The notes beneath the pieces are model-generated. The model was not told the origin of the DNA. It made no database searches and saw only the letters and a program-made list of their open reading frames with translations. DNA of 64,000 nt from an uncultured virus (IMG/VR IMGVR_UViG_3300044608_000911) (lineage: Duplodnaviria > Heunggongvirae > Uroviricota > Caudoviricetes). Positions 17,720 through 30,400 of this stretch are shown piece by piece (the stretch's first letter is position 1; every line of letters begins with the position of its first letter). The translations under genes and the position numbers were made by a program. Where the stretch lies: the IMG/VR virus record IMGVR_UViG_3300044608_000911. One strand, 5' to 3'.

Positions 17720-20700
17720 CAGTACGCACGAATAATGTATTTTACTAGATGATACCTTGTTAAGAGAGGAATGTCAATCTCTGGTTGTAATTGATAAGTA
17801 ACGTTTAACTTTACAGCAGAGGATAATGTAAATTGTCCATCATTAACATCAATTCCAGCAGAACTGATTGGATTCCCCTGTGGAGCAATTACTTCTGTTA
17901 ATGATTCAACACCAAGATCAACTTTGCCAGATGTTGTAACAATTGTGGTAACTTCCCCCTCAGCATGGTTAAATGTGACTTTTGCTATCCCATAATTATC
18001 ATTACTGCTATTTCCTGAAGAAGACCTATCTTGTCTAACTTCTAGTAATAAATTATTAACTTGATAATCTTCTGGAATCGAAACAGTGGCATTCGCCCAA
18101 GTAGTAGATCCAGATGGAGTAGAAATAGTTCCAAGCTTATTATAACTTCCGCCAGAATCATTGCTAGCAAAAAGTTCTAAAGGTTCATTTGGAACTTCCC
18201 CACCGTTGCTACCATTCCCTCTTATAACTTGGAAAGTCACAGATTCCATAGGAGTTCCTTTAGGACCAGTTGATGAAGCATTGATTTCAATTGTTCTTGC
18301 CCATCTATTTGCTTCATTGCCAACGAATCTCAAATATTTGTATCCGTCTGGTGAAACAAATCCACCAGTTGATCCAGATCCAGTTCCAGATTCAATATAG
18401 TCCACACCAGTACTTGCTCTATCAAAAACGCCAGCAGTTACAGAAGTGCCACTGCTGCCACCACTAGTTCCACTAACTTGATAACCAACAGATGCTCTTC
18501 CAGAAGTATTTCCACTACCAATGACTACAGATCCAGCACTGCCATTACCAACATTGCTGAACTGTATTTCAAAGAAAGCACCAGATCCACCGCCGCCACC
18601 ACCTGATCCATAAAAAGTTTGATTCTCCGTAGCCGTAAAAGTGACAGATCCAGCCCCACCATTTGCGGTTTGACCCAAACTGACAACACCACCATTACCA
18701 GCTCCACTTTCGCTAACAAGAGCTGCTGTTGGACCAGTACCACTATTTTTTACTGCCGACTGTCCTCTAGCCCCACCAAATCCATCTCTACGAGCATTAG
18801 ATCCACCACCGCCACCGCCGCCGCCGCCGATACCAGATCCAATACCAACTCCACCACCACCGCCGCCGCCGCTGGCGCCAGAACATTCAGAGTTCGCACC
18901 ATTTGCTCCAGTACCAGAAAACAAAGAACTTAAACCTTGTACGGCATCCGTAGAATTAAGTTGACCATTTTGATCGGACCCCTGTGCTCCATCACCAGCA
19001 CCACCACCAGCACCACCACCGCCAGCGCCAACAATAATCGCAGAAGCAGTACCAACGGCAGAAGCACCGCCACCACCGCCGCCTGCGCCACCGCCACTAG
19101 AAACACCACCATTACCACCACCAGCAAAACCTACGCCACCAGTTCCACCACTTCTATTTCCACCAGCATTACCTCCACCACCAACATAAACTCTCAATGA
19201 TCCATTATTACCTGGATTGATATTTGCTACAACTCTCTTTCCAGGAAGACCAGAACCAGCGAACCACCCAGTTCCACCATCACCAAGACCACCAGATCCT
19301 CCACCACCGCCTCTTACTTCTACTTGAAGATTAGAAAGAGGCCAAGTATTTGGAATATTATATGAATAGAAACTTGAAGATGGGGTACTGAAACTCTCAA
19401 CTACATTATTTGATCCAGTAAATAGTGTTCTAGCTCCATCACCACCTTCTCCACCAACATAAGAAGAAATAGCACCAGCTCCACCCTGAGAAGAACTGCC
19501 ACCTCCACCTGGAAGACCATCATAATAAGAAACACGAGTTAGAGTAGCACCACCAGTAAGAGAAGTTGATCCCCCATTGGAAAGTGAACTTATATCAACG
19601 GTTTGTACTGTACTTCCACCACTTTTAACATATACAAATCCATCTCCCCCAGCACCACCAGTACCACCCGAATCTCCCCTAACTCCACCACCAGCTCCAG
19701 TTGCTCGTGCTTCGTAAGTATATCCGTTTGCGCTGAAAGAATAATAGGTAGCACCACCAGAACTGCCAGCTGTATTAGTTGTAGCACCGCCGCCACCAGC
19801 ACCACCCAATGCCACAGCAATGCTGATTAATGGAAGTTCAGCAGAAGTTGGAGCAGAAACAGCATAGCTTCCAGCAGTAGTTTGATTTAATTTGTTTATT
19901 GTGGTTGTAAATGTATCCCCAGGAATAAAAATTGGTTTTCCACCAATTACATAATTATTATCAATATCATAAACTGTTGGATCTGGTGTTCTAATTTCCA
20001 CAATAATTTGTGATGGGAAATTACCAGCGGCTAGATAATGCGTTTCAAGTACAATTGTTCCGCCACTACCATTTGTAGCAAATGTCAGTGCTGTTCCTCT
20101 CAAAGCATTATATCTACTGGATGCTAACTTTATTCTATTGGCATCTACTTTAATAACATACCATTCGGTATTTGCGCTGAAAGGTGCTGTAGTTCCATTT
20201 AAATTTACTTGAGCAAGTGTAGTCTGATCATTTGATTGAACTCTAATTTTATATCCAGACTGAAGTTCATGACCAGTTATCGTTATTGTTGTTTCTCCAC
20301 CAGTGCTAATGATAGCAGAACTTGAAATTGTTTTTGTTGTTTTAGATCCTATTCCACCAACATTACCATAAGTAGAAGCATTTGGATCTGGAATAACATA
20401 ATCAACAATTCCATGACTATGGAAAAGTGGTACACCAGATTCTGGCGTAAAGAAATTAACCTGTCCCGTACCACTCTTATATCCAGCAGCATGATTGTCA
20501 GCAAAAGCACCAGATCCTTCAAATGTACCAGCCTGAGGAGCATCTGATGTAAGAATAGCATGTTCATGTTCTGGAACAGCTGCGATTGGTTTTTCTTGTA
20601 ATGGTCCAATTTGAATTGAAACTTGACCAGTAAGAAAACCAGAAACAAATTCAGTTACATTATCATATCCAGAGATAACAATATTACCAACATCAAATAA

Positions 20701-21939
20701 ATCTTCCTGTTGTGTTTTCGAGAAAAACCATCTACCTCCAGTGGCACCAACTGTAGAGATTACGTTACCAGAGACTGGCGATCCTCCACCAGATACACCT
20801 CCACCAGCACCAACTAATTTTCTAGTTTTATAATCTGGAACAGCAAAAGTAACGGAACTACTAGATCCAAAGCTAGATGGATTATATGTTCCTCCAGTGC
20901 CACCATATTGATTTCCAATTGCTCTGTAAAGCAAAGGATAATCATCGGCATCATAAACAGATCCATCACAATATAAAAATCCTGGATATTGATGAATTGG
21001 GTCTGTAGATGTGGTATTACTTACAGTAACAATTTCAACTCTAGCAGTTCCACTACTTCCTGGTTGATCAATGTAAACAACATCCCCAGTAGAATATCCG
21101 TATCCAGATCTTTTGATAGTGGCAAAATTAACAGATCCATCCAAATTTGCTGATACACCAACTCTAAGTCCAAAACCAGTTGCTGTTGCTAATGTAAAAT
21201 TACCAGATGATCCAATATCAGTAATATTATAATATTTTCCAGCTGTAACATCACCATTACTTCTTGTCAATCTAAAAGTATTATTATTTACTTTCTTAAC
21301 ATAAAAAGTAAATCCTCTTTCAAATTGAACACCACCAAGTCCACCAGAAGATAAATTAGCAGTCGCCGTGGCATTACTACCACCTCCACCAGTTATAGAG
21401 ACTTGTGGAAATTGATATCCTTCTCCACCATCAACAACATTAATTGCTGACACAGAACCATTCGTTAAAACACACTGAAAAGATCCAGCAGTGAAAGGAC
21501 CACTACCATTATCTGTAACTTGAACAGAGGGAACACTAGTGTATCCAGAACCACCATTTGTAATAGTAAAACTTTGTATTGATGCTCCAAGTTTACATTT
21601 ATTTGGTGCTTGTTCTGCTTCAATTACAGTTACTTTATCTCCATCAACAAATGGATGGTTTGGATAAGTAATTACATCAGTTGTTGCTCCAATGTTGCCA
21701 GTAACTATTCCAAGTGTAATAGGAACTGTAGCAAATCCAGCAGTACTAGAAAGATCGGTATAATAATTGCTTCCACCACCAGATCCAGAAACAACAGATC
21801 CTAAAGCAAGAACTACTCCATTATCAGCTACTTTGTTATCATCAACTTTAAGAACTGGAACTATCGCTCCAATTGGAAAAGTTGATGATGTAAAGGTTAC
21901 TTTATCAGTTAGATAATTAGAACGTGTGGATCTTGCCAT
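17719..21939 (-). CDS. Gly-rich tail fibre protein with collar domain
   Basis: PIGAIV...CDGS.Y...YP.L...IG..YGG...F.VPD collar motif; GGSGY repeats; long poly-Gly region; YIIRAY C-terminus. Confidence 0.85.
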   Translation of the reverse strand: MARSTRSNYLTDKVTFTSSTFPIGAIVPVLKVDDNKVADNGVVLALGSVVSGSGGGSNYYTDLSSTAGFATVPITLGIVTGNIGATTDVITYPNHPFVDGDKVTVIEAEQAPNKCKLGASIQSFTITNGGSGYTSVPSVQVTDNGSGPFTAGSFQCVLTNGSVSAINVVDGGEGYQFPQVSITGGGGSNATATANLSSGGLGGVQFERGFTFYVKKVNNNTFRLTRSNGDVTAGKYYNITDIGSSGNFTLATATGFGLRVGVSANLDGSVNFATIKRSGYGYSTGDVVYIDQPGSSGTARVEIVTVSNTTSTDPIHQYPGFLYCDGSVYDADDYPLLYRAIGNQYGGTGGTYNPSSFGSSSSVTFAVPDYKTRKLVGAGGGVSGGGSPVSGNVISTVGATGGRWFFSKTQQEDLFDVGNIVISGYDNVTEFVSGFLTGQVSIQIGPLQEKPIAAVPEHEHAILTSDAPQAGTFEGSGAFADNHAAGYKSGTGQVNFFTPESGVPLFHSHGIVDYVIPDPNASTYGNVGGIGSKTTKTISSSAIISTGGETTITITGHELQSGYKIRVQSNDQTTLAQVNLNGTTAPFSANTEWYVIKVDANRIKLASSRYNALRGTALTFATNGSGGTIVLETHYLAAGNFPSQIIVEIRTPDPTVYDIDNNYVIGGKPIFIPGDTFTTTINKLNQTTAGSYAVSAPTSAELPLISIAVALGGAGGGGATTNTAGSSGGATYYSFSANGYTYEARATGAGGGVRGDSGGTGGAGGDGFVYVKSGGSTVQTVDISSLSNGGSTSLTGGATLTRVSYYDGLPGGGGSSSQGGAGAISSYVGGEGGDGARTLFTGSNNVVESFSTPSSSFYSYNIPNTWPLSNLQVEVRGGGGGSGGLGDGGTGWFAGSGLPGKRVVANINPGNNGSLRVYVGGGGNAGGNRSGGTGGVGFAGGGNGGVSSGGGAGGGGGGASAVGTASAIIVGAGGGGAGGGAGDGAQGSDQNGQLNSTDAVQGLSSLFSGTGANGANSECSGASGGGGGGGVGIGSGIGGGGGGGGGSNARRDGFGGARGQSAVKNSGTGPTAALVSESGAGNGGVVSLGQTANGGAGSVTFTATENQTFYGSGGGGGGSGAFFEIQFSNVGNGSAGSVVIGSGNTSGRASVGYQVSGTSGGSSGTSVTAGVFDRASTGVDYIESGTGSGSTGGFVSPDGYKYLRFVGNEANRWARTIEINASSTGPKGTPMESVTFQVIRGNGSNGGEVPNEPLELFASNDSGGSYNKLGTISTPSGSTTWANATVSIPEDYQVNNLLLEVRQDRSSSGNSSNDNYGIAKVTFNHAEGEVTTIVTTSGKVDLGVESLTEVIAPQGNPISSAGIDVNDGQFTLSSAVKLNVTYQLQPEIDIPLLTRYHLVKYIIRAY

Positions 21940-21949
21940 CTTATTTTAC

Positions 21950-23236
21950 TTATGCCTTGATTAAAAAATCTACCATGATAAATGGAGCAATCAAACCATC
22001 CAATTTAGTGTCTGTCTCTGGTTGAACATTTACAGTGGCAGACATTCCATCAGTACTTACAAAGAACTCATTAGTATTTAACGTATAAGCAGTTGGTGTA
22101 ATTGTGTAACTTATAGTATGAGTATGCTCAGTTGGATCCTCTTCATAATCAAATGCTTCTGTTGTTTCGACAATGTTTGAAACTTGAGGAAATGCTGGTG
22201 TTGTTCCATCAATAGCAGTATCAAATGGTAAAACATTACGAAGAGAAGAATTATGCGAATAACCATTAGTTCCGCTTTGTGGAATATTATCATCACCAAC
22301 ACCTTCAGCACCTTCAACATAATTAGCAGAAACTGTTCTACTTGAAGAAGCGCACCCCATCTGAAATCTTCCAAGTAAGATAACGTTAACATAACAAGGA
22401 CCTTCTGGAGTTGTATCAACTGGATAACTTTTACCAGTTGGAACTAAACAACTAGTAATAAAACCAGAACAAGAACCTTTACATATTCCATAATATTCAA
22501 AAGTAGTTCCAGTTCCACCACCAGTGTATGCTCCGCTATTCCAAGTTTCAGACTGCGCGTAAAATTTACATGCTGGTTGTTCACTAGTAGCGTCAAACCA
22601 GTTTCCAACACCAATCGTAGATGCGTTTGTATAATAGTTTAATTCAAACACATCACTTCCGCCAGCTCTCTTAATTCTACATCTATATGTTGTAGTGTAG
22701 TGAGCGTGTGGTTGGAATGCTGTTGCTGGGACAATTTCAACATCTGGTGCTCTAGGTCTTGTAAATCCAACATTTCCCCTAAGATCTACAGATAATGGAG
22801 GTATTCTAAATTGACCAGATAAATCAATGTTGACTGTTGTACCTACATTTGATGTAGCAGATATAGCAACACCAGATCTGTCTATTGTCAATCCAGTTCT
22901 ACTAACAACTGTACTGTCATTGATAACACCCTGATCAGAACCACTACTTGCTTTAATAAATTTAGATCTTAAATCTGGAACTTGAAATTGATTCTCATTC
23001 AGAGTTATTCCTTCCTGTTTAAAAGCACAAGCATCACCTGTTCCCAAAATTTCAGCAAGAGCTGGATATGTAGTTGAATTATAAATGCTCCCGTCACATC
23101 TCAAATATCCAGAAGGTAGCAATGTTAGGCTAAGTCCCAGTTGAGGATCATTGACATCAAGTTCTCGTGGAAAAGCTACAATTGTTCCAGTTGTTGTTCC
23201 TATCTTGGTTCTTTCTTGATTTAAAAATACTGCCAT
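21950..23236 (-). CDS. tail collar-domain protein (short fibre/connector)
   Basis: GYLRCDGS..YP.LA..LG...F.VPDL. Confidence 0.8.
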   Translation of the reverse strand: MAVFLNQERTKIGTTTGTIVAFPRELDVNDPQLGLSLTLLPSGYLRCDGSIYNSTTYPALAEILGTGDACAFKQEGITLNENQFQVPDLRSKFIKASSGSDQGVINDSTVVSRTGLTIDRSGVAISATSNVGTTVNIDLSGQFRIPPLSVDLRGNVGFTRPRAPDVEIVPATAFQPHAHYTTTYRCRIKRAGGSDVFELNYYTNASTIGVGNWFDATSEQPACKFYAQSETWNSGAYTGGGTGTTFEYYGICKGSCSGFITSCLVPTGKSYPVDTTPEGPCYVNVILLGRFQMGCASSSRTVSANYVEGAEGVGDDNIPQSGTNGYSHNSSLRNVLPFDTAIDGTTPAFPQVSNIVETTEAFDYEEDPTEHTHTISYTITPTAYTLNTNEFFVSTDGMSATVNVQPETDTKLDGLIAPFIMVDFLIKA

Positions 23237-23237
23237 A

Positions 23238-24431
23238 TTAGTATGCCCTTATAATCATTATGATTGTTTGAGATGGAGTATTTGTTTCCATTTGTAGATT
23301 TAATGCTTTATCAATACTAGAAACATTTACTGTATATGATTGGATATTATTGAGTGCTATGTTAGTTGGTGCTCTCAATCCAGAACGAGTCATACTAATA
23401 TCAAAACTAAAATGATTGTGTGCTGCTAAGCTAGCTTCGGTAAAATTTTCTCCAGCGTGACTAAGATTAGTTGGATATGTTTCAGTAGTGTCACCATTTA
23501 AATAATTTGGTCTACCAAGAAGACTAGGATAAGCAATTGGAAATGTTCCAGTATGCGCTACTTCTTGGTGATTGTAGTTGTATGTATCTGAAAAAGCACC
23601 AGTGTATGCTCCAGATGCTGGAATATTTCTGGTCAATCCAACAGCAGGAATTGTTGCTTGTTGAAATGTCTTTGTAGTATCAGTGAGAACCATTGTATTC
23701 TCATCATAATAAGTGATCGGTCCATATCCATTTGTCCAAACATCTGGTCCATCAGCGGAAGTAACACCAGTTAAGTTTGCTGATTCGTAATTTGGAGATC
23801 CAGAGACTTGATATGTTGGAGCTTCAAAAACTTGAACATATCTACCACTAGTTACAGCAGTTGTATATTGTCCACTATGTTTGTGACCTGGAGTATGGTC
23901 AATTCCCAATTTTCTACCAACCACATAATAAGTTTTAGACCAAGTTGGATCATTCAAACTGAATTCTGTAATTCTTCCAGCCATATTATCAATTGGATCC
24001 ATCTGAAAGATAAGATCAGTATCAGCACTATAAAGTGCTGGTGGAGTAACTCCAGTTCCATCTTCAGATATCAGACCACCAACAACATCATAAGCATTTG
24101 ATTGATTGTATTGATACTTTGTTTCTAACAGATAATCTTTTTCAAGATCAACCATTGCTCTTCCGTTTAGATTTGGAACTCGGAAAAGATCACTTTCTTC
24201 AAAGTCAGGAAAATTTCCTTGAATAGCATCTTCAGTTGGTCCATAGGTATTACCAAGTATTGAAGCTAACAAAGGATATCTTTCTGCTGGATATGTAGAT
24301 CCATCACATAATATCCACCCATGTGGAACACCATTAGGATTATTTCCAGTAACGGAAGAGCTGCCGCCCCAGGGCATAATAGTACCCACTGGGGCGCTCT
24401 TCATTGTTTTTAGACGATTGTAGAATGCCAT
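23238..24431 (-). CDS. tail collar-domain protein
   Basis: PVGTIMPW...P.GW..CDG...YP.L...F.VPNL; IIRAY C-terminus. Confidence 0.8.
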   Translation of the reverse strand: MAFYNRLKTMKSAPVGTIMPWGGSSSVTGNNPNGVPHGWILCDGSTYPAERYPLLASILGNTYGPTEDAIQGNFPDFEESDLFRVPNLNGRAMVDLEKDYLLETKYQYNQSNAYDVVGGLISEDGTGVTPPALYSADTDLIFQMDPIDNMAGRITEFSLNDPTWSKTYYVVGRKLGIDHTPGHKHSGQYTTAVTSGRYVQVFEAPTYQVSGSPNYESANLTGVTSADGPDVWTNGYGPITYYDENTMVLTDTTKTFQQATIPAVGLTRNIPASGAYTGAFSDTYNYNHQEVAHTGTFPIAYPSLLGRPNYLNGDTTETYPTNLSHAGENFTEASLAAHNHFSFDISMTRSGLRAPTNIALNNIQSYTVNVSSIDKALNLQMETNTPSQTIIMIIRAY

Positions 24432-27400
24432 CAGAGTTCAGTCAACCACCAACCTTGATACGTAGCAGGAATAAAGTTATCTCCATCAGTTTGTCCAACA
24501 TAGATTAGACCAAATGAAGCGTTCTTATTCTGAACTACTAGTTCTCCAGAAGCATATGGAGTTGATAAACCACCCAATCTAGTTCCTTCAGTATCACCTT
24601 GAATTGCTACTGGTTCACCTCCAACAATTGGAGCACGAATTACTAGAGAGTTGTTGTATGTTAGTTGTCCACCAACTTCAGTAATCCTGATTGTATCTCC
24701 AGTTTTTGGATTGGATGGTAAGGTCAGAACAAGAGCACCTGTAGAAGGAGCTACTGCTACAATATAATTTATATTGACTTGAAGAGTGGTATTTGCGTTC
24801 ACAAACTTGGTGATATGACCACCATTTGAATTCTTCCATCCTTCATATCCAAAAGCATCAACAGAGCAATCTTGTCTAATTGTGAAATTCTTCGTTCCAC
24901 CATCTCCAAGATTTCTGATATCTAGGATCTTTTGAGATTGAGCAGCAATACTGGAACTAATACCAGCAACATCAAGCAGACGACCAACAAATGTATCACC
25001 AAAGTTTGGTTCTACTCTAAACGTTGGTAAGAATGATCTATTACTAAACTGAATAGCATCTGGTTCTTCAACACAAGTTGTTGGGAACACTCTAAACAAT
25101 CCACTAACATCTGTAGCAGCATTGATAGAAAGTTTTCCTCCTTCAAAATGGTGCTCTTCGTTGTTAACTAGATTAATAATTGGAACATTGTTGTCAGTGC
25201 CGCTAATTCTAAAGTTAGATCCGACAAAATTTACATCATCATATACTGTTAGGCGACCATGATGATAATCTTTCTTGACTAGTTTTGTTCCACCATCATT
25301 TGTGATTGTACTTGTAACTTCAAATACTTCACTGTCAATAACCATGAAATATTCACGATCCAAGAAGAATGGAACAAGATCACTGTTCTTTAATCCAATT
25401 TCAATATTTGTTCCGCCAGTTGTTCCAATAGCAGATGTTGTAGTTGTTGTTTCTCTAATGAGAACTCTCCATACACTTTCACCATCTTGGTGAGTTTTAG
25501 CAGTTCCAGCAAGAGGAGAACGAGTTACAGGTAAGTAACCAGAGTTTCCAGAAGTTGCTACTGGATTTGAAGAAATTCTCATAAATTCTTCATTTCCACC
25601 AGAACCGTACCCAACTAAGATATAATCACCATTGGCAAAATCACTAATATCATCAACTGGTAGTTGGGTTGCGCTTGTAGTAATCGCAGTAACAGTATCA
25701 ACAAATGTTGTTGCGATAGAGTTATCAACCTTTGGATCTTTCAAGATTACATAAACAGTTGCTCCACTGGAATGTGCCGCTACGCTAGTACCAAACTTTG
25801 CTCTCTGAGCAAGAATTGTTCCGCTAGGATTACCAACAATAGTGTCTCCAGAGCAAGCGTCAACAGAGAAAATATCACGAACTCTATCAGTAATACTGAA
25901 CTTTTCATTCTTATTGGCAACAAATGTAATACCTTCCTGACTACCAGTTCCAGTGAATGGAAGATTTAGTGTAATTGTAGAACCGCTAATGCTTACAACT
26001 TGTGGATCTGTTAGTCTAGTTTCACCAGAATCAATCGGGAATCTATTTTGAGTTAATGTTACAGTTCCGCCGCCTGTCACAATTTGAACATAATCTCCAA
26101 CTTCAATACCAGAAGTATTCGTAACAGCAGTGATAGTTGTCAATCCAGCTTGAGCATTTCCAGTAAACTGCTGCGAAGAAGCAGTCTTACATCCACCAAC
26201 GAAAGTAAATGATCCATTGACAGTTAATTTGCCATTCTCTCCAGAAACACCATCATTACCAATAATTGTTTCACCAGTTACACTATCAACAGAGAAGAGA
26301 ACGTTTCCATTTGGACATCCGCTTAGGATAGAGAATGTCTTGTTCTCTTGAACCAAAGTAGAAACTAGTTTAAATACCTCACCCTGATCAAATACTCCAT
26401 CACTATTTGTATCAGTACGATCAATAACAATATAGTCAACCCCAGTTCTTAAGGTTCCACCAAACGTTGCCAGATAAACATTTTCGGTAGTTCCAGAAGC
26501 ATCAATTGATTGCTCAGTCCAAGTAGCATCAAACGCGATGTTACACTTATAAATTGGAGTTCTATTGTTTGGTTCATCTGGATGATTGGTCTTAACCGCT
26601 GTAAATGTTCCCAGTGGTCTTCTTTGAACTGTTAAGTAATATGGAGCAGTTTCAGCTCCCGCCAATCCACCAGGAGCAACACGTAGAATTTCTGGATGAG
26701 TTCCAGCAACAGAATCAACAACTGTATCAAGGATCAGATAATCACCCTCTCTGAAGTAATCTCCAGGTGGATTTAGAAGTGGTAAGTAGTATAGATCTCC
26801 AGTTAGTGCTGGAAGATCAGATCCTTCTGGACCACCACCAGGAATTAGTTCTTGGAAATCAGTGCTGCCCCAATCAGCAGAACCTGCTGTATCCAATCTA
26901 TTAAAGTTAGGATCACTATCAGGAACTTGAAGAACATTAATCAAATCTACATTTTGATTAAATGTTGTTGGTCCAAGAATACCATCATCATGAGCAAAAG
27001 CGGTTGTTCCCAACTGTGCTCTATTGGCGGTGAATGAGAACGCAGCGACGCCACCACAGAGATGAACATTACCATTGAAAATTGTTTCACCATCAATCTC
27101 CAAACTATTTCTAATGGTTGTTGTTCCACCCTGACCAGCAATTCTAACCTCAGAAGCATTCAAGGCAAAATCCATCGTCTGGGTATTGCCAGAGAAGAAA
27201 CTTACAATTCCTGCTTCTGTGCTTAGAGTTACAACTTGCTCTGGATTTGTTCTGTCACCACCAAGAGACTTAAATGAACCAAATGTTACATCTCCAGCAA
27301 ACTTGACTTGTTTTGTTTCAAAGTCAACGTAGCTGAGTGATGATAGGCGATCATAAGCACCACCAATCTTGGTCTTAGAAATAGCAGCATCTCTATCAAT

Positions 27401-30400
27401 GTTACCAATGAATAGATTACTGTGATTTGCGCTATTACCGATCTTGATAAACTGATCGTTAGTAGCTTTATCTCCAATATAAATCCACTGATTAGCAGTT
27501 GTATGATCACCAATTCTAATTGTCTTAGAATAACCAGCAAGATTTAATCCACCAGTGTTGTCTCCACCAACGAATGTGCTGTCGTTTAGAAGATTGAAGG
27601 TTCCAGTAGTAATGCCAGTTCTGACTTCACCAGTAGCAGTGCCACTATCTGTGTAGATTTCAATATCTCTTTGGAATCTAGCATCTTCTGTAAATCTAGA
27701 ATCACCAACAACTACAAGTGCTCTATTGAGTTGACTATTTGTAACTGATTGATTGGTATTAATTCCAAGTCTACCTAGGTTATTACCTCTGCCAGATTCG
27801 GAAATAGCAACCGTAGTAGTATCAACTCTTAAAGTGCTGTAGTTTGTTGGAGCAAGACTATCCCCACCAACTACAAGGGCGTCAGAAATCGCATTAAATG
27901 TTCTGTTTGTTGGATTGGAGTTTGATAAGTAGTTATTTGGTGCTGTAGAAAGAGTTCTACCACTGATATATGCTTTACCAACAACATCAAGGTTAGCACG
28001 AGGATCTGTTGTAGTAGGATCAACAAATCCATTAGCATATGCCGAGTGTGGAGAACGAGCAACAGTGTTGATGCCCAACTTATAGTTTCCAATGGATTCA
28101 GTTTCAGTTCTAAGTGCTTCAGAACCAATTACACCAACTTCCTTCCAAGAAGCATTTGAGAATTCAACACTTGGAGGTGTAGCTCCAATTGCTGTTCCAG
28201 CAATGATATCTGCCCAGTTCTCTACGGCAGCTGGAATTTGATCAATTACTTGGAAGTGAACATAATTATTAGTTGGCGAGAAAGCATCTCCTGGTTTGTT
28301 GTATACAACCCAAGTTAGATTTAGTCTAGGATCATAGTAGAAGTTGTTAACTCTGATTTGAGAACCAGAAGTGATACCAATATCTTGGTTTGTAATATCA
28401 AGACCAGACTGACTATTCTTAAATGTTAGTTTTACTACATTGCTACCATCAAATGTAATTGTAAAGATGCTGTTATCAGCAATCTTTTGATAGTAGTTGG
28501 CAAGAATCCATCCAATAGATCCAGTTTTACCGATTTCAGAACCCTTAAGAAGAACATCACCAGGAACTGGTAATACACCACCATAAGTTACATATTGAGC
28601 AGAATTTACTCTGGTTCCACCATCAGCAACAAGAGGAGACTGGTTTGGAGTAATGTTTGCTGGAACACCAGAAGAAGTATGTGTTTGGAACATATACTTC
28701 TGTCCATTACCTCTGGCATTGAATTCAAATACAGCAGCGGTAACTTTATTCTTACTAATACGAATGTCACCAGCTGTTGGTGGTCTGAACGTTGTTCTAT
28801 CAAGACCTTGATCTTGCTCCAGTTGCGTAACTGGATCAACAGATGATACATTAGATCTGATGATTAGAACATCTCTTTGCTGAACTAGATCATTATCTTG
28901 TACAGCAATTAGAACTGGCGATTCAAACGAAGATACAAGAGTTCCATCTCCACCAACAACTGTTAGGTTCTGATTGAATGTAACTGGAGTATCAAATGTA
29001 GTAACTAGACCGCCAATTACATCATTCTCATCACCATCATCTTGTAAAGTCGCTGCGTCAATGAATGTTTCTTGACCAGTAATAGCATTGATTCTTCTAT
29101 TACCAATATAGAGATCACCCTGAGAGTTAATACCCGTGTAGAAGACGATACCAGCGTCTTGTTTCTTAGATTGGGCATAGAAGTCCTGCTCTGGTGTTAG
29201 AACGACTTCCTGACGCGCAGGGAGACCAGTAGAGTAGTTACCAGGACCGAAACCAAGGTATTCAAACGTATGGTTACCAGCACGAGCAATGGATGGTCTA
29301 CGGAGTTCAACGTAGTAACGTTGATCATTAGCAACCGTGCTATCTCCAGAAATAGGAATTAAACGATCTTCCGATCCAGAAGTAGCATTTCCTTCCTGTG
29401 CTCTAATAGCATTAGATCCAGTGTAAGTGTTTTCAATGAAAGCTGGTTGACTGATAAGATCTTCAACAAGTTCTCTTGTTACAGAGTTCTTGTAATCGTT
29501 AACAGTAACAAGTCCATGAACATAGTTATCAGCGGCAGAGAATGCCTGTGGAGGATCAATCAGTGCTGCGTAATAATCCTTCTCTTCATTTGTAGTTCCA
29601 TTGTTCTTAAACCAGAGAGGATCGTTTCTGTAGTTTAGAGGATATAGTCTGCTGACTGGTTGCGAGAACTTAAAGTTCTTGAAGTTGTTGATAACTCCAG
29701 CACCAGTTGGGAATGGAGAGATGTTACCACGTAGGCAAGTTAGATAGTAGATACCATCTTGCTGACCAGCAATACGGCGCTGTAGTGTTTCCGAAGCAAA
29801 GATATAGAATGTATCATCAATGATACCAGCATCTTCTACAGACTCAACATAGTATTCGATACCAGCGTCATCCTGAATGCGGTCACCAGGAGTAATGGTA
29901 TAAACGTTGGCACCATTCTGTCTCCAGTAATATTCTGGATAACCCTTACGAATAAGAGTCTTCAGTGGCAACGATTTGCCCATATCCTGATCTTCCAGCA
30001 TATCTGCGAAGACAGAACCTTGGGTAAATCTTACACTATCATACTCGCTATATTCTAGTTTACCACCACGAATATTCTTAATGATGAGGTAGTGATCACC
30101 ACCAACACTATAATAAGCATGAATGTTAGCAAGACCAGAGGAATATCCTGTAAATGTTACTTGGTTAGCAGTGATATTCTGAGTCTTGTTGGTTACAAAA
30201 TCTCCACCTTGAGGAGCAGTGATCTTAATTGTTGTAAAGATCTCATTTCTCAAACCAGGGAAGTTCTTAGAGTCAACAGTGTGGTCATAAACTGTTAATT
30301 CAAGATACTTAATATTAGAATTAAGAGCATCTGTTACATAACGACCACCTTGAATTGTTGCTTGAATACCAGAATTGAAACGAGCAAAAGCACGATACTC

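Noticed and set aside
18560..19820. CCA/CCG-rich low-complexity DNA as a repeat array or CRISPR
   Set aside because: It encodes the poly-Gly segments of the tail fibre; there is no repeat-spacer periodicity and no cas gene.
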